From positions 7,502,001-7,566,000 of the forward strand of contig NC_043013.1 of the NCBI RefSeq assembly GCF_006345805.1: a DNA stretch of 64,000 bases, written 5' to 3'. Shown in pieces: positions 12,921 through 24,682 of the stretch. The notes beneath the pieces were generated by a model. That model was given only the letters and a program-made list of their open reading frames with translations, was not told the origin of the DNA and did no database searches. Numbering within the stretch: position 1 is the stretch's first letter; each line of letters starts with the position of its first letter. Source of the stretch: Octopus sinensis. Taxonomy: Eukaryota. The position numbers and the translations under genes are program-made.

Positions 12921-13196
12921 TAATCTGTATTTTTGTTATTTTTTATTTGCCCTGTCCGTGTGAGCTAACAATCGTACTGACTTTCATGGGAAACATGTAT
13001 TTTTGTGGTTGAAACCTTTTGGATTAACTGGTGCTAGAGTGAGCCATATAGTGACCACTCTCTTATATTTATTTTGTAAAAATATTATAATATATTATAA
13101 AATATTATAATAATCCAGGTTTCTCGGAGCACTAGGCCACTTGGTGTAGAATAGATATACTATTAAATTAGTATCTAATTCTCTCACCCTTATTAA

Positions 13197-13251
<55 letters not shown>

Positions 13252-13875
13252 CACACATATATATATATACATATATATATATACATATATATACATATAT
13301 ATATATATACATATATATATATAATACATATATATATATATACATATACATATATACTATCCAACTCGTGGCCGTGGCACGTAAAATACTCCAATGCGAC
13401 CGTACGACAGGCACCCATGCCAACCCCCTTTGCTTCTGAAGACATGTTGGGGCAAGCGAAATCGAAATCGAATTGAACCAGCCAGGATCCCTGGTCTGGT
13501 GGTACGTAAAAAGCACTATCCGACTCGTGGCCGTGGCACGTAAAATACTCCAATGCGACCGTACGACAGGCACCCATGCCGACCCCCTTTGCTTGTGAAG
13601 ACATGTTGGGGCAAGCGAAATCGGAAACGAATTGAACCAGCCAGGATCCCTGGTCTGGTGGTACGTAAAAAGCACTATCCGACACGTGGCCGATGCCAGC
13701 ACCGCCTCGACTGGCTTCCGTGCCGGTGGCACATAAAATACACCAATCCGACCGTGGCCGTTGCCAGCCTCGCCTGGCACAGCCTTCTGGCTTCCCAGAA
13801 CCCCGGTCGAACCATCCAACCCATGCTAGCATGGAGAACGGACGTTAAACGATGATGATGATGATGATATATACA

Positions 13876-13986
<111 letters not shown>

Positions 13987-14004
13987 AGTATATATATATA
14001 TATA

Positions 14005-15587
14005 TTAGCTTAAGGTGACCCGCTCTACACGCGGGTAAGAGTGTGGTTCTTACTTTCTGTTTTTTATCACCACATTCTCCCTCTTTGTTTCTCTCTCCTT
14101 TCTCTCTCACTTTCCCACTCTCTTACTCTTCCTTTCTCTCGGACTCTCCCTCGCTTTCTCTTACTCTCTATCTTTATCTATCTCTCTCCCATTTATAAAT
14201 AACAAAAGATCTTGAGTAAGTTGAGAAAGTAAAATATTTTGAAAGATCAATCATAAATATCAGGCAGTGACAACGGAAAGGTCTGCTTCAAGGCAGACAG
14301 CAAAACACTAACATTTAAAAGGGACAGACGAACTTGCGAGCTGAATAAAGATTAAAAATGGAAACCAAAGTTTGAAGGGATAGAATCTGAGGATAGTAGA
14401 GTCACCATGGCTGGCATTTGTTAACGATGGACAGCAACGTAGTGGCAGTTTAACGGCTGAAAATTCCTAAACACCAAGTTTTGAAGTGATTCTTTCTTCC
14501 GACAGTAGCCTCACCATGGCAAGCATTCAAAAGTTCTTCATCATCGACAACACATTAACGATTTAAAGGCTAGCACAAAATTTTTAGCTTGATGTAACAG
14601 AGAATTCCTAAACACCCGCTCCAGTAAATTTTAATCACTTTCCAGCCCCATTTAGACCCCTTTTCACATTTTGGTTAATATAACCCGATTTCATTTGGGT
14701 CTACTCGGGCCACATTTTATAAGATGAGGAATTTTGTCCTAGAGGTCACATGCATTATATACCTATATGTGTGTGTGTGTGTGTATGTGTACGCATTATA
14801 TATACAAATGTATACAAATTATATATATATAAATTAAATTAGAGATAAAACCACTATTAGGCAAATTAAACAGTGAAAAACATAACCCAAAACATAAAAA
14901 TAAAAATATAATGTACAAAATATATAAAATATAAAATTTAAAAATTTAAATTTAAAATTAAAATTATTAATTTACATTTATAATTTTTTAAAAATATATG
15001 TAACTATCAAAAAGTATTAAAAAGTTTAATATACATAAATACAGATATATACACTTTGTATATATACATTATATATACATATTTATATATAGAACACACA
15101 CACACATATATAAATTAACCCAATAAATATCTGATTCGTAATATTTGTTCTCATGATTGTGTGGTGGTGGTTGTGGCGATGATAATTCTCTCTATGAATG
15201 CAGACAGACGTAGAGAGAGAGAGTGTGTGAAAGCGCTGTCGAAGGCGGGGAGGAGGGGGAGATTGAGGACGCCGTGACACGACGTCATAAAGAGAAAGAG
15301 AAGGTAAGGGAGTTAAATGCCGTGAAACAACATTATATATAGAAAGTGATGGGAAGGGATGAAAGAGAATGAGTGACGGAGGAAGACAGATACATAAAAG
15401 AATAAGAGTCGACTTGACAAAGTGCGTTTTTCTAACCTAGCCCACTAACATCCTCACCTTATTTTACATGTCCCTGTAAATTTTGGAGTCAATCCGACGG
15501 GATCTAGTGGCCTTTAACCCATTCTCAATGCCAAAACCAGACAAACAAACAAACTTTTCGCATTTCAGATTTATAATATAGAGAAGA
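14005..15587 (-). mobile_element. Non-autonomous Helitron
   Basis: 5' A|TC..TATATTATAAATCTGAAATGCGAAAAGTTTGTTTG; 3' hairpin ACCCGC/GCGGGT (14018-14036) then CTAA|T. Confidence 0.72.
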
Positions 15588-15589
15588 TA

Positions 15590-15643
<54 letters not shown>

Positions 15644-15667
15644 CACACACATATATATATATATACA

Positions 15668-16250
15668 CAGGGTGTTCAGGCTAAATTTGACAGTTTTCAT
15701 AAGAGGAAAGATAACACAATATCCCATTAAAAAATGAAAATATTTTAAAGAAATCAAAAAATATCAACTAGATTATGGCTGGGAGATAACAGTTTACTCA
15801 AAGTGGCTGCCCTCATCTTTCACCATGGCCTCAAGACAGCTCAGGAACCTTGCACATGTGTTCCTCACTTTATCTCTAGAAAGATCATCACACACCCCTT
15901 GATCTTGGTCACCAGTTCAGCCTTTGTATTTCAGGCAGAATGATGGGTATCTTTTTCAACTGCACTCTACACATAGTAATCCATGGGATTACAATAAGCG
16001 GGGATTAGAAGGCCAGAAATTGGGGTTGGTGAAGTCATTGAAATTCTCCAACAACAACTTCTGACTCTTTCTGCAGGTATAGCAAGGAACTGAATCCTGC
16101 TGCTACATATATGGTCTTTCAGCAGCAATCCTTTCCAACCAGGGATTGACTACGATCTCCAGCAGCTTCACATAATCATCTGAATAGAGCTTATTGCATT
16201 GTTCAATGATGTAGGGTTGTTTTGTTCCTTCTTGAGTCATGCCTGGCTCA
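15668..16250 (-). mobile_element. Tc1-like transposase 3' fragment
   Basis: Minus strand YVKLLEIVVNPWL...RPYM.QQDS...FWPSN; CAGGGTG terminal sequence; related to 59720-60605. Confidence 0.75.
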
Positions 16251-16830
16251 TAAGGGCCGGTTTTCCAGGTGTCTTGGCGTATAGGTTTCCCACCTGGACA
16301 GGATGCTGCTCCGTCGAAGGTGAGCTGCAAGATGCAGGAGGAAGAAAGTTTTGGCGAAAGAGTCAGCAGAAGTTCGCCATTACCTTCTGCCGCATGGAGC
16401 TTAGGTGTTTCGCTCATAAACACACACATCGCCCGGTCTGAGATTCGAACCGGCAATCCCTCGACTGCGAATCCGCTGCTTTAACCACTTGGCCATGTGC
16501 CTCCACAACGATGTAGGGTGGCATTACATCACCCTCACTGGAGGCACACGCCTCCTGTGTCCCTTCCTACTGGCCACAGCTTCGTAGTCTCCATTGCAGC
16601 TGTCCATGTCATGTCTTTCAGCTTTTGTAGTGTTCACAGAGCAACGAGTAGCAGTCATGATGTTGACATTTTAAGAGGCAGCACAAATCCTCAGGATGAA
16701 GGATGAAGGTAACTCTTTCCCAACATTCGGATGACTTCCAACCTTTCCGGTCATCCAACTTTTTTCTCAATGAGCAACTTTATGTGCTTCAATGCCTTTG
16801 ATTGTTCACCGATGCATCAAGCTGTTTCTG

Positions 16831-19800
16831 AAAAAAAGGAGACATATAAAAAGGGGCCATAAAAAAAGGAGACATATAAAAAGGGGACATAAAAAAAGGA
16901 GACATAAAAAGGAGACATAAAAAAGGGGACATAAAAAGGGAGACATAAAAAAAGGAGGCATAAAAAAAGGAGACAGAAAAGGAGACATAAAAAAGGAGAC
17001 ATAAAAAAAGGAGACATAAAATAAGGAGACATAAAAAAAGGAGACATAAAAAAGGAGACATAAAAAAGGAGACATAAAAAAGGAGACATAAAAAAGGAGA
17101 CATAAAAAAGGGAGACATAAAAAAGGGAGACATAAAAAAGGGAGACAAAAAAAGGAGACATAAAAAAGGGGACATAAAAAAGGAGACATAAAAAAGGGAG
17201 GCATGAAAAAAGGGAGATATAAAAAAAGGAGATATAAAAAAAGGAGACATAAAAAAGGAGACATAAAAAAAGGAGACATAAAAAAAGGAGACATACAAAA
17301 GGAGATATAAAAAAGGAGATATAAAAAAGGAGACATAAAAAAGGGAGACATAAAAAAGGAGATATAAAAAAGGGAGACAAAAAAAGGAGACATAAAAAAT
17401 GGAGACATAAAAAAGGGAGACAAAAAAAGGAGACATAAAAAAGGGGGACATAAAAAAAGGAGACATAAAAAAGGGAGACATAAAAAAGGAGACATAAAAA
17501 AGGAGACGTAAAAAAGGAAACACAAAAAAGAGACATAAAAAAGGGAGACATAAAAAAGGAGACATAAAAAAGGAGATATAAAAAAGGGAGACAAAAAAGG
17601 AGACATAAAAAAAGGAGACAAAAAATGGAGACAAAAAAAGGAAACAAAAAAGGAGACAATAAAAGGAGACATAAGAAAAGGAGTCAGAAAAGGACACATA
17701 AAAAAGGAGACCTAAAAAAGGAGACATTAAAAAGGAGACATAAAAAAAGGAGAAAAAATGGAGACAAAAAGGAGACATAAAAAAGAGACATAAAAAAAGG
17801 AGTCAAAAAAGGACACATAAAAAGGAGACATAAAAAAAGAGACAAGAAGACATAAAAAGGAGACATTAAAAAGGAGACATAAAAAAGGGAGGCATAAAAA
17901 AAGGAGATATAAAAAAGGAGACAAAAAAAGGAGACATTGAAAAAAAGGAACATAAAAAAAGGAACACAAAAAAATGAGACATAAAAAAGGAGACCTAAAA
18001 AAGGAGACATTAAAAAGGAGACATAAAAAAGGAGATATAAAAAAGGAGACACAGAAAAGGAGACATACAAAAAGGAGACATAAGAAAAGGAGATATAAAA
18101 AAGGAGACAAAGAAAAGGAGACATACAAAAAGGAGACATAAGAAAAGGAGATATAAAAAAAGGAGACAAAAAAAGGAGACATAAGAAAAGGAGACATAAA
18201 AAAGGAGACATAAAAAAGGAAACACAAAAAAGGAGACAAAAAAAGGGAACATAAAAAGGAGATATAAAAAAGGAGACAAAAAAGGGGACATAAAAAAGGA
18301 GACATAAAAAAGGAGACAAAGAAAAGGAGACATACAAAAGGAGACATAAGAAAAGGAGATATAAAAAAGGGGACATAAAAAAAGGAGACATAAAAAAAGA
18401 GACATAAAAAAGGGGACATAAAAAGGAGACATAAAAAAAGGAGGCATAAAAAAAGGAGACAGAAAAGGAGACATAAAAAGGAGACATAAAAAAAGGAGAC
18501 ATAAAATAAGGAGACATAAAAAAAGGAGACATAAAAAGGAGACATAAAAAGGAGACATAAAAAGGAGACATAAAAAGGAGACATAAAAAGGAGACATAAA
18601 AAGGAGACATAAAAAGGAGACAAAAAAAGGAGACATAAAAAAGGGGACATAAAAAGGAGACAAAAAAAGGGAGGCATGAAAAAAGGAGATATAAAAAAGG
18701 AGACATAAAAAAGGAGACATAAAAAGGAGACATAAAAAAGGAGACATAAAAAAGGAGACATACAAAAAGGAGATATAAAAAAGGAGATATAAAAAAGGAG
18801 ACATAAAAAGGAGACATAAAAAAGGAGATATAAAAAAGGAGACAAAAAAAGGAGACATAAAAAATGGAGACATAAAAAAGGAGACAAAAAAAGGAGACAT
18901 AAAAAAGGGGACATAAAAAAAGGAGACATAAAAAGGAGACATAAAAAAGGAGACATAAAAAGGAGACGTAAAAAAGGAACACAAAAAGACATAAAAAGGA
19001 GACATAAAAAAGGAGACATAAAAAAAGAGATATAAAAAAGGAGACAAAAAAAGGAGACATAAAAAAAGGAGACAAAAAATGGAGACAAAAAAGGAAACAA
19101 AAAGGAGACAATAAAAGGAGACATAAGAAAAGGAGTCAGAAAAGGACACATAAAAAGGAGACCTAAAAAAGGAGACATTAAAAAGGAGACATAAAAAAAG
19201 GAGAAAAAATGGAGACAAAAAGGAGACATAAAAAAAGGAGACATAAAAAAGGAGTCAAAAAAGGACACATAAAAAAGGAGACATAAAAAAAGAGACAAGA
19301 AGACATAAAAAAGGAGACATTAAAAAGGAGACATAAAAAAGGGAGGCATAAAAAAAGGAGATATAAAAAAAGGAGACAAAAAAAGGAGACATTGAAAAAA
19401 AGGAAACATAAAAAAGGAAACACAAAAAAAGGAGACATAAAAAAGGAGACATAAGAAAAGGAGATATAAAAAAAGGAGACATAAAAAAGGATATAAAAAA
19501 GGAGACAAAGAAAAGGAGACATACAAAAAGGAGACATAAGAAAAGGAGATATAAAAAAGGAGACAAAGAAAAGAGACATACAAAAAGAGACATAAGAAAA
19601 GGAGATATAAAAAAAAGAGACAAAAAAAGGAGACATAAGAAAAGGAGACATAAAAAGGAGACATAAAAAGGAGACATAAAAAGGAGACATAAAAAAGGAG
19701 ACATAAAAAGGAGATATAAAAAAGGAGACAAAAAAGGGGACATAAAAAAGGAGACATAAAAAAGGAGACAAAGAAAAGGAGACATACAAAAAGGAGACAT

Positions 19801-19941
19801 AAGAAAAGGAGATATAAAAAAGGGGACAAAAAAAGGAGACATAAAAAAAGGAGACATAAAAAAGGAAACACAAAAAAAGGAGACAAAAAAAGGGGACATA
19901 AAAAAGGAGACATAGAAAAGGAGACAAAGAAAAGGAGACAT
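16831..19941. repeat. 3.1-kb satellite of 13-14-bp units (AAAAAGGAGACAT) with higher-order repeat
   Basis: Rare variants recur 1452-1485 bp apart. Confidence 0.95.
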
Positions 19942-20047
19942 CAAATGTAGCCCAAACAAGTGGAAATTTAGTGAACTGTCCTCTATGTAAAATATATAAT
20001 GTACAATAACGAAGCAAATGAAAGGTACAGTTGATGAACATACAAAC

Positions 20048-20238
20048 CTAACAGGGGTTTTTTCTGAAATTACTCATTGTAAATGAACCCTGTTCTTTTA
20101 GTCTTTTCCCTTCCTCGTTAACACAAAAACAAACTGCACCAACACATTGAAGCTTCTCAAAGCTGCCATGTCTGGTGCAATTGAACGTGTTTTCATCTAA
20201 TTTTAATACACGATATTTGGCCTTTTTTACAGCACACT
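20048..20238 (-). CDS. IGFBP-like protein, last coding exon (thyroglobulin type-1 domain)
   Basis: ttctgtttctctactttacag acceptor; phase-1 entry gives (E)CAVKKAKYRVLKLDENTFNCTRHGSFEKLQCVGAVCFCVNEEGKR...RKNPC-TAG: six Cys, QC and CFCV (CWCV-type) motifs. Confidence 0.88.
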
Positions 20239-20397
20239 CTGTAAAGTAGAGAAACAGAATATTGTTAAGCAGTACAAATGTACAAATTTAGAATCAAAAA
20301 TATAATCTGCTTCTCTTACACAGACATGTTAAAGCTTTCAAATACAGAACTGCTCCTTTTTCAGCAGAGACCCTACATTTTGCCAAATCTATTTAGA

Positions 20398-20784
20398 GAG
20401 GGGAAGCACTCCGTCAGTTACGACGACGAGGGTTCCGGTTGATCCGATCAATGGAACAGCCTGCTCGTGAAATTAACGTGTAAGTGGCTGAGCACTCCAC
20501 AGACACAAATACCCTTAACGTAGTTCTCGGGGATATTCAGCGTAACACAGAGAGTGACAAGGCCGGCCCTTTGAAATACAGGTACAACAGAAACAGGAAG
20601 TAAGAGTGAGAGAAAGTTGTGGTGAAAGAGTACAGCAGGGATCACCACATTCCCCTGCCGGAGCCTCGTGGAGCTTTAGGTGTTTTTGCTCAATAAACAC
20701 TCACAACGCCCGGTCTGGGAATCGAAACCGCAATCCTACGACCGCGAGTCCTCTGCCCTAACCACTGGGCCATTGCGCCTCCAC
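20398..20784 (-). mobile_element. SINE family A, full length
   Basis: Highly similar to 7251-7640; 16-bp TSD GCCAAATCTATTTAGA at 20382-20397 and 20785-20800. Confidence 0.92.
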
Positions 20785-21051
20785 GCCAAATCTATTTAGA
20801 ATGTCAGAGAAAATACTTTGCAGTATTTCTTCCTGCTCTTTATATTTTAAGTTCAAATCCTATCCAGATCACCTTTGCCTTTCATCCTTTCAGGCTCCAT
20901 AAAACAAAGTACCTGGGGTAAATGTTATTAACTAACTCTTTCCTCAAGATTGCTGGCCTTGTGTCTAAATAGGAAACCATTATCTCTTCAAGGCATTTAA
21001 AACAGTTAACTCATCGAGCAATTAGCATTTATTGAAGGAAATAGTTCATAA

Positions 21052-21447
21052 GGCGGCAAGCTGGCAGAAACGTTAGCACGCCAGGCGAAATGCTTAGCTG
21101 TATTTCGTCTGCCGTTACATTCTGAGTTCAAATTCTGCCGAGGTTGACTTTACCTTTCATCCTTTCAGGGTCGATAAATTAAGTACCAGTTACGCACTGG
21201 GGTCAATCTAATCAACTTAATCCCTTTGTCTGTCCTTGTTTGTCTCCTCTGTGTTTAGCCCCTTGTGGGTAGTAAAGAAATATGTATTTCGTCTGCCGTT
21301 ACGTTCTGAGTTCAAATTCCGCCGAGGTTGACTTTGCCTTTCATCCTTTTGGGGTTGATAAATTAAGTACCAGTTACGCACTGGGGTCAATCTAATCGAC
21401 TTAATCCCTTTGTCTGTCCTCGTTTGTCCTCTCTGTGTTTAGCCCCA
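21052..21447 (+). mobile_element. SINE family C, head plus tandem dimer of body
   Basis: GGCGGCAAGCTGGCAGAAACG head; body unit restarts at tatttcgtc at 21101 and 21285. Confidence 0.85.
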
Positions 21448-21653
21448 TAGAAACAGTGAGTGAAGCAGGACTGACCTTATAAATAATTTCAATTTAAGAG
21501 GAAACTGGGATGGAGCAGGTGATGGAGGGAAGAAGAAGAAGAAGAAGAAGAAGAAAAAGAAGATTACTTACTACAAGAACTGGGAGTAACTTGAGACGAA
21601 TGTAGATATTCATAGTCTTTAAGTATTTGTCCATTAAAGCTGCATTGGCATCT

Positions 21654-21661
21654 AGAAAGAA

Positions 21662-21706
<45 letters not shown>

Positions 21707-22438
21707 AGAAAGGAAGAAAGGAAGGAAGAAAGAAAGGAAGGAAGGAAGAAAGAAAGGAAGGAAGAAAGAAAGGAAGGAAGGAAGAAAGAAAGGAAGGAAG
21801 GAAGAAAGGAAGGAAGAGAGAGAGAGAAAGGAAGAAAGAAAAAGAAGGAAGGAAGGACGAAAGAAAGAAAGGAAGGAAGGAAAGAAGGAAGGACAAAAGA
21901 AAGGAAGAAAGAAAGAAAGGAAGGAAGGAAGGAAGGAAGGAAGGAAAGAAGGACGAAAAGAAGGAAGGAAGGAAGGAAGAGAGGGAGAAAGAAAGGAAGG
22001 AAGAAAGGAAGGAAGAGAGGGAGAAAGAAAGAAAGGAAGGAAGGAAGGAAGAAAGAAAGAAAGAAAGGAAGGAAGAAAGAAAGAAAGGAAGGAAGAAAGG
22101 AAGGACGAAAAAAAGAAAGAAAGAAAGGAAGGAAGGAAAGAAGGAAGGACAAAAGAAAGGAAGGAAGGAAGGAAGAAGGAAGGAAGGAAGGAAGGAAGAA
22201 AGGAAGGAAGGAAGGAAGAAAGGAAGGACGAAAGGAAGGAAGGAAGGAAGGAAGAGAGGGAGAAAGAAAGAAAGGAAGAAAGAAAGGAAGGAAGATAGGG
22301 AGAAAGAAAGAAAGGAGGGAAGGAAGAAAGAAAGAAAGAAAGGAAGGAAGGAAGAAGAAGAAAGGAAGGAAGAAAGAAAGAAGGAAGGAAGAAAGAAAGA
22401 AAGAAAGGAAGGAAGGAAGGAAGAAAGAAAGAAAGGAA

Positions 22439-22472
<34 letters not shown>

Positions 22473-22797
22473 AGGAAGAGAGGGAGAAAGAAAGAAAGGA
22501 AGGAAGGAAGAAAGAAAGAAAGAAAGGAAGGAAGAAAGAAAGGAAGGAAGGAAGAAAGAAAGAAAGAAAAGGAGAGGGAGAAAGAAAGAAAGGAAAGAAG
22601 GAAGAAAGAAAGAAAGGAAGGAAGAGAGGGAGAAAGAAAGAAAGGAAGGAAGGAAGGAAAAGAGGGACAAAGAAAGGAAGGAAGGAAGGAAGGAAGGAAG
22701 AAAGAAAGGAAGGAAGAAAGAAAGAATGAAAGAAAGGAAGAGAGGGAGAAAAAAAGAAAGAAAGGAAGGAAGAGAGGGAGAAAGAAAGAGAGAGAGG

Positions 22798-22831
<34 letters not shown>

Positions 22832-22907
22832 AAGGAAGAAAGAAAGAAGGCAGGAAAGAAGGAAAGAAAGAAAGAAAGAAGGAAGGAAGATAGAAAGAAA
22901 GAAAGAA
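21654..22907. repeat. 1.25-kb homopurine (GAAA/GAAG)n tract
   Basis: Almost exclusively A/G on +. Confidence 0.95.
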
Positions 22908-23261
22908 GTGATGAACACCTCCTCCTTTGGATAATTAGATGAAATATTTGCCTCAAAATTTTTTATAGGTGCAAGCATGGCTGCATGGTAAAAGTTTGCT
23001 TTTCAGCCAAATGGTTCTGAGTTCAGTCCCCCTATGTAGCACCTTGGACAGATGTCGTCCACTATAGCCCAGGTTAACCAAAGCCTTGGTAGATAACCAA
23101 AGATTTGGTAGATAGAAACTGAAAGAAACCTTGTGCATATATATGTATGTATGTATTCTTTTTTATTATGGTGACGTAAACACACCACCATCGGTTGTCA
23201 AGCGATGTTGGGGGGGACAACACAGACACACAAACGTATACACACACCCACACACACATAC

Positions 23262-23324
<63 letters not shown>

Positions 23325-23411
23325 CATATATATATATACATACATATATATATGTATATATATATATGTATATTATATATATTATATATATATATATATA
23401 TTATATATATA

Positions 23412-24016
23412 CACTTATTTCTTCTCTTATTATCTATGTTTTGTTTATGCCTCCCCCAGGAAGTGTTGTCTTAAGGCATTAGTACATCGGGCAGTGCCTG
23501 AGAGACCTCACATATCTAGAGGCCAAACTATACTCTATGTCTACTGTGGCATACTGTCAAAAATATAAGTACTATGGGGCTCAGTACAATGATTCTGTCC
23601 AGGGGTGGAGTTGAAGAGCTATAATTCTGCTAAGGTGGCCCTGCTCCCTGGCTCCTTACTAACCACAACACTCAGACTGTCTTCATTAGAGTATTAAACC
23701 CTCTGAAATTCCCTCCCTGTTCAGGTCTTTCCCTGTATCCTTGACTTGAACATGAACAGTATCAATCATTCCGTTCTCATAAAGCCTGTGAAGGCTATGA
23801 TCTTTGCTTTTACCTCCAGACCTAGCAACAGTAAGTAGCTATAGGCGTAGAAGTGGCTGTGTGGTAAGTAGCTTGCTTACCAATCACATCGTTCCGGGTT
23901 CAGTCCCACTGCATGGCACCTTGGGCAAGTGTCTTCTACTATAGCCTTGGGCCGACCAAAGCCTTGTGAATGGATTTGGTAGACGGAAACTGAAAGAAGC
24001 TCGTCGTATATATGTA

Positions 24017-24068
<52 letters not shown>

Positions 24069-24682
24069 TACACACACACATACATATATACGACGAGCTT
24101 CTTTCAGTTTCCGTCTACCAAATCCATTCACAAGGCTTTGGTCGGCCCAAGGCTATAGTAGAAGACACTTGCCCAAGTGCCATGCAGTGGGACTGAACCC
24201 GGAACGATGTGATTGGTAAGCAAGCTACTTACCACACAGCCACTTCTACGCCTATAGCTACTTACTGTTGCTAGGTCTGGAGGTAAAAGCAAAGATCATA
24301 GCCTTCACAGGCTTTATGAGAACGGAATGATTGATACTGTTCATGTTCAAGTCAAGGATACAGGAAAGACCTGAACAGGGAGGGAATTTCAGAGGGTTTA
24401 ATACTCTAATGAAGACAGTCTGAGTGTTGTGGTTAGTAAGGAGCCAGGGAGCAGGGCCACTTAGCAGAATTATAGCTCTTCAACTCCACCCCTGGACAGA
24501 ATCATTGTACTGAGCCCCATAGTACTTATATTTTTGACAGTATGCCACAGTAGACATAGAGTATAGTTTGGCCTCTAGATATGTGAGGTCTCTCAGGCAC
24601 TGCCCGATGTACTAATGCCTTAAGACAACACTTCCTGGGGGAGGCATAAACAAAACATAGATAATAAGAGAAGAAATAAGTG
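23412..24682. repeat. Near-perfect 1271-bp palindrome centred on (TA)n at ~24048
   Basis: Arms match except three single-base deletions in the right arm. Confidence 0.93.

Larger units (their letters stand above)
12367..13204. mobile_element. Penelope-like pseudo-LTR or retrozyme-like unit with inverted and partial tandem copies
   Basis: Inverted arms 12367-12605 / 12837-13075; direct repeat 12606-12670 / 13141-13204 defines a 535-bp period; hammerhead in each arm; flanked by (TA)n on both sides. Confidence 0.7.

Noticed and set aside
13430-13465. CTGAAGA...CGAAA in the RTE UTR as a possible hammerhead
   Set aside because: No stem II or stem III pairing; other copies read TTGTGAAGA and form a simple GCTTG/CAAGC hairpin.
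16789-20041. Long ORFs (280-523 aa, MSPFF/LCLLF-rich) on -
   Set aside because: Translations of the stop-free 13-bp satellite in all three frames; no protein signal.
21060-21080. GAAACGTTAGC in SINE C as a hammerhead half
   Set aside because: No CUGANGA core or stem II upstream.
21494-22978. 494-, 434-, 368- and 223-aa ORFs (FLPS / KEGR)
   Set aside because: Translations of the (GAAA/GAAG)n tract.
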